From positions 1,012,241 to 1,076,240 of the forward strand of contig CAWBFV010000004.1 of assembly GCA_963788235.1 (NCBI GenBank): DNA of 64,000 bases, given 5' to 3'. Within the stretch, counting starts at the first letter, position 1. Each line of letters starts with the position of its first letter. The notes under the pieces were generated by a model. That model searched no databases. It saw only the letters and a program-made list of their open reading frames with translations, and was not told the origin of the DNA. The translations under genes were made by a program, and so were the position numbers. Origin of the DNA: an uncultured Chloroflexia bacterium. Lineage in GTDB: Bacteria > Chloroflexota > Limnocylindria > Limnocylindrales > CSP1-4. Positions 9,874 through 18,280 of this stretch are shown here, one piece after another.

Positions 9874-11077
9874 GTGTCGAGCCGACGAATTCGAACATTG
9901 CTCGCTTCGGTCATTGCGACGGCGCTGGTCTTCGGGTCGGCGGCTGCAGTGTTCGCCGATCAGACCGAGGTCCATATCAAGGTCCTGACCTATCGAGGAT
10001 GGATCGACGACACGGGCTTTCACATCATCGGCGAGGTCCGGAACACCGCCAACTATCGCGTCAACGGGTTTGTGACCCTCAGGATCAACCCCGGGAATGG
10101 TGGCGTTGAGGAGGCGCTCTCCGACCTCGTGGGCATCAAGAACCTTGCGCCCGGTGGCAAGAGCCCCTTCCGGATCGACGAGGAGCCGTTCGACCAATCG
10201 CACACGACACTTCTGGAGATCACGGCTGGCGGATACACGCAACACGCGCCAGCAGCCGCGATCGGCGTGTCGGCGAACGGTCCCCTGGTCTCTGACATCG
10301 GTGGCAATTCGATCCCGGTCCAGATCCGCAACGGCACGACCCGCCAGGTGCACATCTTCGCGGCGGTCGCGGCGTTCCGGCGAGCTGACGGCAAGGTCTC
10401 GAACATGGGCACGGGACTCCAGGACATGGTGGTCGATGCCGGTGCGACGCTCGAGGGCACCATCTCGGCCGGCCCGTCGCCGGACTATGCCGTTCGAGCC
10501 GATGTGGACATCTTCGCCAGGTTCGAGGACGGCTCCAACGAGGCCGTCGTGTCGTGGCAGAACTGGTTCCATGACATCGCCGACCAGTCCTTGCGGATGT
10601 CCATCGCGTGGCTCGCGGAGCACGGCATCACCGGCGGCTGCGCGTCACATCTGTATTGCCCGACAGGCCAACGTGACCCGTGCCCAGATGGCGATCTTCC
10701 TCGTGCGCGCGTTCGACATCCCGCCGGCCGCCGGCCCGGATCACTTCTCCGACGACAACGGCAAGACCGGTGAGAGTTCGATCAACGCGCTGTTCGAGTC
10801 GGGCATCACCGGTGGCTGCCTGCCCGGCAAGTTCTGCCCGACGGCCAACGTCACCCGTGCCCAGATGGCGATCTTCCTGGTGCGCGCGCTGCATCTTCCG
10901 CCACCAACGAGCGATCACTTCTCCGACGACAACGGGCTGACCGGCGAGTCGCAGATCAACAGCCTCTACGAGGCCGGCGTGACCGGTGGCTGCGCGGCGC
11001 ACAAGTTCTGCCCCAAGTCGCCGGTCACTCGCGCCCAGATGGCGGCATTCCTGCAACGAGCCCTGGCCCTGCCGTAG
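9874..11077 (+). CDS. secreted protein with an unknown N-terminal domain and three C-terminal SLH-like repeats; one frame disruption near 10666
   Basis: Start GTG 9874 follows a GGGAGGAGG SD. There is a signal peptide, then repeats of the form FxDDNGxTGESxINxLxEAGITGGCxxxKFCPxxxVTRAQMAxFLxRAL. A 1-nt insertion relative to the sister repeat splits the gene between the 9874 and 10097 ORFs. Confidence 0.6.
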
Positions 11078-11144
11078 CACGCCGGGCGGCGAACCGGCGA
11101 GGTTCGTGCCCGGACGCTGGCCCTGACCGTGTACCGTTGGGCCC

Positions 11145-12428
11145 GTGACCACGCGCGTCCGCGGCCGGGGGACGGCCCGCCGCCTCGTGGCCGGTGCAGC
11201 GCTGGCCCTTCTCGCCGCCACATCGGGCGCGTTCGCCGGAACGGCCGCCGCAGACGACCGACTCCCGAACATGCGCCCCGAGCGACCGACCGAGCTGCAC
11301 GTCGTGGCCGTCCATGGCCGTCGATTGCTCAAGTTCACCGCGATGATGGACAACGTCGGTCAGGGCCCGATGGAGGTCCTCGGCCGACGCACGTCATCGA
11401 TCGATCCATGGACGGTCTCGCAGGTGGTCTACGACGACGCCGGCGGGTCCCGTCGGGTGCCGACCGACGCCTACCTCGTCTACGCCGGCGACGGCCACGA
11501 CCACTGGCACGTCCGCAAGATGATGGCGTACCACCTCTTCTCGACCGCCGATACCCGCGGGGACTCGAAGGTCGGCTTCTGCTTCTTCGACACAAACCTG
11601 CGGTACCCGAGCCTGCCAAGGTCGCCGTCGGTCCGGCACTACCAGGAGCGCTGGTGTGGCAGGCGAACGGCAACGACGTCGCGAACGGGGATCTCGGTCG
11701 GTTGGGGCGACAAGTACTCTTGGAAGATCGCGTTCCAGTGGGTCGACATCTCGGGCCTGCCCTCGGGCGACTACGTGCTGCGGACGATGGTCGATCCCTA
11801 CGGGTGGTTTCTCGAGACCAACGAGAACGACAACTGCACGTACCGGCGGATCCGGCTCTCGGGCAGCTCCGTCCGACTCCTCTCCGCGGGCGAGCGCTGC
11901 GTGACCGATTGGGAGGACCACCCGCTCGCCGCGTCGATCAAGTGGGTGTTCGACAACGGGATCACCGGCGGCTGCGACGTATTGCTGTACTGCCCGGGGG
12001 CGTCCGTCATCCGAGCGCAGATGGCGATGTTCCTCGACCGCGTGATGCAGCTGCCACCCACCGACCAGGATTTCTTCACCGACGACGAAGGCGTGACCGG
12101 GGAAGCCAGCATCAATCGACTGGCAGCCGCCGGCATCACCGGCGGCTGTACGACCAACCACTTCTGTCCGAAGGCCCCGGTGACGCGTGCCCAGATGGCG
12201 TCGTTCCTGGCTCGGGCGCTCGACCTCCCGCCCGCGACCGAACCCAACCACTTCGACGACGACGATGGCTCGACCCACGAGGCGGCCATCGATAGCCTGG
12301 CAGAGGCCGGTATCACCGGCGGTTGCGCCGTGCGACGCTTCTGCCCGGATTCGTCGGTGACCCGCGCCCAGATGGCCGCATTCCTGTTCCGTGCATTCGG
12401 TAGTACCCCGCCACCGGAGGAGCCCTGA
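11145..12428 (+). CDS. lysyl-oxidase-like catalytic domain protein with signal peptide and three C-terminal SLH-like repeats
   Basis: A signal peptide is followed by a GDGHDHWHVRKMMAYHL His cluster and WGDKYSWKIAFQWVDISGLPSGDYVLRTMVDPYGWFLETNENDNCTY, which aligns with the LOX copper/LTQ region ([30 protein letters not shown]...NNV). Three SLH repeats follow. Confidence 0.6.
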   Translation: MTTRVRGRGTARRLVAGAALALLAATSGAFAGTAAADDRLPNMRPERPTELHVVAVHGRRLLKFTAMMDNVGQGPMEVLGRRTSSIDPWTVSQVVYDDAGGSRRVPTDAYLVYAGDGHDHWHVRKMMAYHLFSTADTRGDSKVGFCFFDTNLRYPSLPRSPSVRHYQERWCGRRTATTSRTGISVGWGDKYSWKIAFQWVDISGLPSGDYVLRTMVDPYGWFLETNENDNCTYRRIRLSGSSVRLLSAGERCVTDWEDHPLAASIKWVFDNGITGGCDVLLYCPGASVIRAQMAMFLDRVMQLPPTDQDFFTDDEGVTGEASINRLAAAGITGGCTTNHFCPKAPVTRAQMASFLARALDLPPATEPNHFDDDDGSTHEAAIDSLAEAGITGGCAVRRFCPDSSVTRAQMAAFLFRAFGSTPPPEEP

Positions 12429-14190
12429 TGTCCGTGTCTCGCTCGCGCCGCGTCCGTTTCATCCGTCCGTTCGGACTCGCGATCCTGCTGGGAGCGCTCA
12501 TCGGCGTGCCAGCCGCGGTCGCCCGAGTGGACGCCCCCGAGGCAGCCTCGCCCGTCGTCGCCCCCGCGGCCGTCGCATCGACCCGCGTCGCGCCGGCCTC
12601 CGTCGAGCCGGCGGCCCTCGGGTCGGGCCAGCTGACGGTCGTCAAGGTCACCGGCAGCCTCAGCAGCCCGCTGGGTGTCACCAACGCGGGTGACGGCTCC
12701 GGTCGCCTGTTCGTGGTCCAGCAGGGCGGCAAAGTGCGGATCGTCAAGGGCGGCAAGGTCACGGGCACGTTCCTCGACGTCGGCTCGCGGATCACGCAGC
12801 GGTGGCGAACGCGGTCTGCTTGGCATCGCGTTCCATCCGGACTTCGCATCAACGGCTACGTCTACCTGTACTACACGCGCCCGGGCGGCGACATCCGGAT
12901 CACGCGCCTGACGGCGAACGCGGCTCGCACATTCGCCAGCCTGACGACCGAATACCACCTCTCGACATCGAACACAGCCAGAACGCGAACCACAACGGCG
13001 GCGCGCTCGGCGTTCGGCCCCGACGGGTACCTGTACGTCGCGACGGGCGACGGCGGAGGCGCTGGCGACCCGCTCGACAACGGCCAGGACATCACGAATG
13101 AGCTCCTCGGCAAAGTCCTGCGCATCGACGTGAACGGCACCGGCGCGGGCACATACGGGCACTACGCGATCCCCGCCGACAACCCGTTCGTCGGCGCGAC
13201 CGGCGACGACGAGATCTGGGATTACGGTCTGCGCAACCCCTGGCGGATCACATTCGACCGCAGCGGCGGCGACCTGTACATCGCGGACGTTGGCCAATCG
13301 AACCGTGAAGAAGTCGACTTGGAACAGTCAACCGATCCGGGCGGCAACAACTACGGCTGGAACGTCAAGGAAGGCACGCTCTGCTACGCGGCCTCGAGTT
13401 GCACCAATCCGCCGAACTACGTCGGCCCGGTCGCCCAGTACTCGCACAGCGTACGGCTGCTCGATCACGGGTGGCTACGTCTATCGCGGCGTCGCACAAG
13501 GACCTGCAGGGGCTGTACGTCTACGGCGACTACTGCAGCGGCCGCATCTGGACGATGAACGCGAGCGGCACCGGGGAGACGCTCCGCCGCGACACCAGCC
13601 TCAACATCTCGTCGTTCGGCGAAAGCGAGGCCGGCGAGCTGTACCTGACCGACCTCAACGGATCGCTCTATCGCGTCATCGCGCCCGAGTTCAGCGACAT
13701 CGCCAGCTCGAGCTTCATCGACGACATCCATTGGTTGTTCTACCAGGGCATCACGGGCGGGTGCGGCAGCGGCAAGTTCTGCCCGCGATCGAACGTCACG
13801 CGCGTCCAGATGGCGCAGTTCCTCGTCCGCGGCTTCAACCATCCACCGACGTCGACCGACTACTTCACCGACGACAACGGCATCACCGGTGAGAGCTCGA
13901 TCAACGCGCTCTTCGAGGCCGGGATCACGCTCGGTTGCGAGCCGAATCACTTCTGTCCGACGCGCCCGGTCACCCGCGCGCAGATGGCGATCTTCCTCGT
14001 CAGGGAACTGAGCCTGCCACCGACGTCGACCGATTACTTCGACGATGACGATGGCAAGACCGGCGAGAGCTCGATCAACGCGCTGGCCGCGGCGGGCCTG
14101 ACCGGTGGGTGCGCGACCCGCCGCTACTGCCCGACGTCGAACGTCACGCGCGAGCAGATGGCAGCGTTCCTCCATCGTGCGTTGACGTAG
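12428..14190 (+). pseudogene. PQQ-dependent sugar (glucose/sorbosone) dehydrogenase fused to three SLH-like repeats, interrupted by at least 6 frame disruptions between about 12790 and 13500
   Basis: GSDH motifs (GERGLLGIAFHPDF, IEHSQNANHNGGAL, FGPDGYLYVATGDGGGAGDP, LYIADVGQ...GGNNYGWNVKEG, LYVYGDYCSGRIWTM) are spread over three frames. The signal peptide and the three SLH repeats (13399-14190 frame) are intact. Confidence 0.55.
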
Positions 14191-14222
14191 GCGGAGCGCG
14201 ACCCGGCCGTACAATCGGCGCG

Positions 14223-15407
14223 ATGCCGATCTACCTCGATCACGCGGCGACCACCCCGGTCCGCCGCGAGGTCGTCGATGCGATGCTGCCGTTCCTGACG
14301 GAGTCCTTCGGGAATCCGTCATCGGCGCACGTCTTCGGGCGCCAGGCACGGGCGGCGCTCGATGACGCGCACGATCGGCTCGCGTCCGCTCTCGGCGTCG
14401 AGGCCCGCGAGGTCGTGTTCACGTCCGGCGGCACCGAGGCCAACAACCTCGCGCTCAAGGGCGCTGCGTGGGCCGGCAAGGCGCACGGGCACCGGATCGT
14501 GACCTCGGCGATCGAGCACCACGCGGTCGGGCACACGCTGCGCTATCTCGAGAAGTTCGGGTTCGAGGTCGTCGAGCTGCCGGTCGACCGCTACGGCCGG
14601 GTCGATCCCGACGAGCTCGAGGCCGCGATCACCGACAAGACCATGCTCGTCTCGATCATGCTCGCGAACAACGAGGTCGGGACGATCCAGCCGATCGCCG
14701 AGATCGCCAAGCGCGTCCGGGGCCGCAAGGGCGTGCTGTTCCACGTCGATGCGATCCAGGCCGCGCCGTACGTCGACCTGAAGCTCGCCGATCTCGGTGC
14801 CGACCTCGTGTCGATCAGCGGGCACAAGTTCGAGGGTCCGAAGGGCATCGGCGCGCTCTACGTGCGCCACGGGACCCACATCCTGGCGCAGCAGCACGGC
14901 GGCGAGCAGGAGCGGCATCGACGGGCCGGCACGGAGAACGTGGCGGGCGCCGTCGGGCTGGCGGCCGCCTACGAGCTGTGCGTCGCCGAGCGGCCGGCGA
15001 CCGTCAAGCGGCTCCGTGCCGGTCGGGAGCGGCTCGGCAAGGCCGTCCTGAGCGTCCCGGGCACCGAGCTCACCGGTCATCCGTCGGCGAGGCTGCCGGG
15101 CCTCCTGTCGATCATCGCGCGCGGCACCGATGGCGCCTCCGTGGCGCTGTCGCTCGATCTCGAAGGGATCGCGGTGTCGGTGGGGTCGGCGTGTACCACC
15201 GGCTCGACCGAGGTCAGCCACGTGCTGTCGGCCATGGGCTACCCGGACGATGAGGCGCGTGGCGCGCTGCGGATCTCGATGGGCCGGACCACGACCGACG
15301 AGGAGATCGCGAGCGCGACCGAGATCGTGCCGCGGGTCGTCGCCTCGATGCAGGTCGGGACCGCGAGCGTGGTCCGCGACCCGCTCGGCCAGGGGATCGG
15401 GGTGTGA
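14223..15407 (+). CDS. iscS: cysteine desulfurase (NifS/IscS family)
   Basis: [21 protein letters not shown]... with the PLP-Lys region [18 protein letters not shown]. The start is at an internal ATG of the longer ORF. Confidence 0.85.
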   Translation: MPIYLDHAATTPVRREVVDAMLPFLTESFGNPSSAHVFGRQARAALDDAHDRLASALGVEAREVVFTSGGTEANNLALKGAAWAGKAHGHRIVTSAIEHHAVGHTLRYLEKFGFEVVELPVDRYGRVDPDELEAAITDKTMLVSIMLANNEVGTIQPIAEIAKRVRGRKGVLFHVDAIQAAPYVDLKLADLGADLVSISGHKFEGPKGIGALYVRHGTHILAQQHGGEQERHRRAGTENVAGAVGLAAAYELCVAERPATVKRLRAGRERLGKAVLSVPGTELTGHPSARLPGLLSIIARGTDGASVALSLDLEGIAVSVGSACTTGSTEVSHVLSAMGYPDDEARGALRISMGRTTTDEEIASATEIVPRVVASMQVGTASVVRDPLGQGIGV

Positions 15408-16531
15408 GCCGGATCCTCGTCGCGATGTCCGGGGGCGTCGACTCGTCCGTCGCGGCAGCGCTGCTCCACGAGCAGGGACACGAGGTCGTCGGCGTCTGGA
15501 TGCGCCTCCACGACGTGGCCGACACCTACTCGGAGTTCAAGAAGAGCTGCTGCTCGCTCGACGCGGCCGATGACGCGCGGCGGGTCGCCGCGCAGCTCGG
15601 GATCCCGTTCTACGTCATGAACCTCGAGCGCGAGTTCGATGCGGGCGTGCTGCAGCCGTTCCTCGACGCCTACCTCGACGGTCGAACGCCGAGCCCCTGC
15701 GTCGACTGCAACACCTACGTCAAGTTCGGGGCGTTGCTGGGTCGAGCCCGGCACATGTACGACTGCGAAGCGGTGGCGACCGGCCACTACGCCCGCCGCC
15801 TCGTGGGCGACGACGGTCGACCGCGCCTCCTCCGAGCCCGCGACGAGGACAAGGACCAGACCTATTTCCTGTACGGCCTCCGGGCCGACCAGCTCGAGCA
15901 CGCGCGCTTCCCGCTCGGGGAGCTGACGAAGCCCGAGGTGCGTGCTGTCGCGCGCTCGCTCAGCCTGGCGACCGCCGACAAGCCGGAGAGCCAGGAGATC
16001 TGCTTCGTCCCTGGCGGTGATTACCGGGACGCGCTCCGGACCCGCGCCGGCTGGACGCCCGAGCCCGGCCCGTTGCTGGACGCCGACGGATCGCACGTCG
16101 GCGAGCACGGCGGCACGGCCGCCTACACGGTCGGGCAGCGCCAGGGCCTCGGCGTCGCGCTCGGTGCGCCACGCTATGTGTCGCGGATCGATCCGCTGTC
16201 CAACACGATCCAGCTCGGTCGGCGCGAGGACCTCGAGGTGCGCGAGTTCACCGTGGAGCGCGCGTCGTTCATCGCGCCCGAACAGCCGACTGCCGCGTTC
16301 CGGGCCGCGGTCCGGATCCGCCATCGTGCGACGCCGATCGAGGCAGAGGTGCGGCCGCTCGGCGAGCGGCGCTGGTCGGTCGCGACGGACAGCCCGGTCT
16401 GGGCAGCCGCACCGGGTCAGGCCGCGGTCTTCTACGACGGCGCGGAGCTGCTCGGCGGTGGGCGGATCGAGGTGCCGGCACGGGCGGAGGTCGCCGGCCG
16501 GTCGCGGGAGCCGGCGCTCGCCCACGCCTGA
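15404..16531 (+). CDS. mnmA: tRNA-specific 2-thiouridylase MnmA
   Basis: GTG start overlaps the iscS stop. It has a PP-loop ([15 protein letters not shown]) and MnmA C-terminal domains, and is a classic iscS-mnmA pair. Confidence 0.85.
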   Translation: MSRILVAMSGGVDSSVAAALLHEQGHEVVGVWMRLHDVADTYSEFKKSCCSLDAADDARRVAAQLGIPFYVMNLEREFDAGVLQPFLDAYLDGRTPSPCVDCNTYVKFGALLGRARHMYDCEAVATGHYARRLVGDDGRPRLLRARDEDKDQTYFLYGLRADQLEHARFPLGELTKPEVRAVARSLSLATADKPESQEICFVPGGDYRDALRTRAGWTPEPGPLLDADGSHVGEHGGTAAYTVGQRQGLGVALGAPRYVSRIDPLSNTIQLGRREDLEVREFTVERASFIAPEQPTAAFRAAVRIRHRATPIEAEVRPLGERRWSVATDSPVWAAAPGQAAVFYDGAELLGGGRIEVPARAEVAGRSREPALAHA

Positions 16532-16534
16532 CGC

Positions 16535-16810
16535 GTGGAGCCCTCGATGGTCCTGTCAGTGCTGGTCGGCATCTTCCACGCCGCACTCTCCGTGCTGATC
16601 CGGGGCTCCGCGGGCGGGCGACTCCCGTTGCTGGTCGCGGCGGCGATCCTGGGCGCGTGGGCCGGTGACGCGCTGTTCGGTCGCCTTGGGATCTCGATCG
16701 CCACGATCGGCGATTACAACCTCATCGGCGCGTCGATCCTCGCCTGGCTTGGGATCGGCATCGTGAGCATCGTGGCCACGCTCGGTCCGAGCCCGGAGCG
16801 GCAGCCGTGA
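16535..16810 (+). CDS. small hypothetical membrane protein
   Basis: 91 aa with two hydrophobic helices, immediately after the mnmA stop. There is no recognisable domain. Confidence 0.35.
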   Translation: MEPSMVLSVLVGIFHAALSVLIRGSAGGRLPLLVAAAILGAWAGDALFGRLGISIATIGDYNLIGASILAWLGIGIVSIVATLGPSPERQP

Positions 16811-16977
16811 ACATCGACGACCGCGAGCTGGCCAAGTTCCTGCGCGGGCTCACGATCGGCGCCCTGATCGGGGCGGTGATCGCCGGGTCGCGGATCTGGC
16901 GAACACTGGTGCGGCGGTCGCGCGACTGACGCTCCCGAGCAACCTTCCGACGGTCACCGACGCCACGTCCGGGCTGA

Positions 16978-17565
16978 TCAGGTCAGCGTCACCGCGATCG
17001 GGAACGTCGCCTTGTACGCGTCGCCATCCTGCGTGACGGTCACCAGCGTCTGGCCGCCGCTCTGGTTGTAGATCTGATCCGAGGCGTTCGGCACGTCCTG
17101 GGGGCCCTTCTGGGCGTACACGCCGGTCGCGTAGACGGCCTTGCTGAAGTCGTCGGGGAAGAACAGCTGCGAGGTGAACTCGAACCCGGCCGAGGCCTCG
17201 GGATCGGTGCGGATCTTGAAGTGGATGTGCACCGCGCGGCCGCTGTACCAACCGGGATAGATCGTGGTGAACACCGCACGACCGTTCGTATCGGTCCGCT
17301 GGAAGCCCCGGAGGAAGTCGCCGCTGTTCCCCGAAACGCCGGAGTAGACACCCTGGGCGTCGCAGTGCCACACGTCGACGACGACGTCGGCCATCGGGAT
17401 GCACGCACCGCTATCGGCCTGCGAGACCAGCCATTCGAGCGTCAGCTGTGCACCCGGGGCGACTGCGCCGTCGGCCGTGTTGGGGCGGATGTCGGCCCGC
17501 TCCAGTTTCACGTCGAGGTAGTACGGGCCTTCGGTGAGCTCGGGCGCGACCACGCAGGCCGGCAA
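16978..17565 (-). CDS. intradiol ring-cleavage dioxygenase-like protein, probably a Tat-secreted lipoprotein whose N-terminus extends to about 17772
   Basis: The core carries TEGPYY...VWHCDAQGVYS...GRAVHIHFKI (protocatechuate/catechol dioxygenase-like). In-frame sequence upstream of the TTG at 17565 encodes RILTRREVLALFGAGGAAAFIAAC (twin-arginine signal plus lipobox Cys) and an Ala/Ser linker, but contains no canonical start codon. Confidence 0.6.
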   Translation of the reverse strand: MPACVVAPELTEGPYYLDVKLERADIRPNTADGAVAPGAQLTLEWLVSQADSGACIPMADVVVDVWHCDAQGVYSGVSGNSGDFLRGFQRTDTNGRAVFTTIYPGWYSGRAVHIHFKIRTDPEASAGFEFTSQLFFPDDFSKAVYATGVYAQKGPQDVPNASDQIYNQSGGQTLVTVTQDGDAYKATFPIAVTLT

Positions 17566-17946
17566 CGCGCTCCCGACGGCAGCGGCCGAGGCGGAGGCCG
17601 CCGGGGAAGCCGACGCGGCGGCCGATGCGCTTGCACCGCCCGAGGCGGCACTCGTCGGGACCGGTGTCGCGCCGCTCCCACCGGACGGCGTGCAGGCAGC
17701 GATGAACGCCGCCGCGCCGCCGGCGCCGAACAGCGCCAGGACTTCGCGGCGGGTCAGGATCCGCCCGATCAGGCGATCGTCGTCGATCGAGATCGTCGAG
17801 CGCGGGGGTCGTGTCGGGTGTCGTGCCGGGCGAGATCATCGGGGCGTACTCCTACTGGTCGAACGCCCACAACCTCGTGGCGGCGACTGAGAACCGTCTG
17901 AGAGCCAGCCGAGAGCCGCCGAGAGCCGCGCCGAGCGCGGTCGGCC

Positions 17947-18120
17947 CTACTGGGTCGTCGCGGTCTCGGCTTCGGCGTCGACCAGGTCGAACTCGGTCCA
18001 CGCGCAATTCGGGCAGGTCCAGGTCTGGAACGCGCCCTGCTTCGCGGCATCGTCAGGCGACGACCACTGTTCGCGATCGTCGACCTTGCCGCACTTCTCA
18101 CACTTCCGGACGAAGGCCAT
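17947..18120 (-). CDS. small zinc-ribbon protein
   Basis: 57 aa (MAFVRKCEKCGK...TWTCPNCAW), CxxC...CxxC. There is a GAGGAG SD 6 nt upstream of ATG 18120. It is divergent from alaS. Confidence 0.4.
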   Translation of the reverse strand: MAFVRKCEKCGKVDDREQWSSPDDAAKQGAFQTWTCPNCAWTEFDLVDAEAETATTQ

Positions 18121-18280
18121 CGCGGTCTCCTCGTCTACGGGTTCCATCATCCTCGACGGTGGCCCTTCGACGGGTGCACGCGCATCACGCCCGCCGTTCG
18201 CGGTCATCGCGGCGGCATTGCAGCGACGCCACGCTTCGTCTCAGCAGTCGGGCGGTCGCGGTTCGGTACCATTGCGGCCG

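Noticed and set aside
3824-9898. 2024-aa ORF on the minus strand
   Set aside because: It overlaps three well-supported + strand genes (aspS, the EamA transporter, typA) and is Arg/Pro/Gly-rich, as expected from antisense reading of high-GC coding DNA. Only its last 126 codons (3824-4204, glyoxalase-like) look real.
18121-18280. Possible T-box leader upstream of alaS
   Set aside because: No convincing T-box consensus (AATTAGGGTGGTACCGCG-like) or specifier/antiterminator architecture was found. Only a weak GGGCGGTCGCGG resemblance exists.
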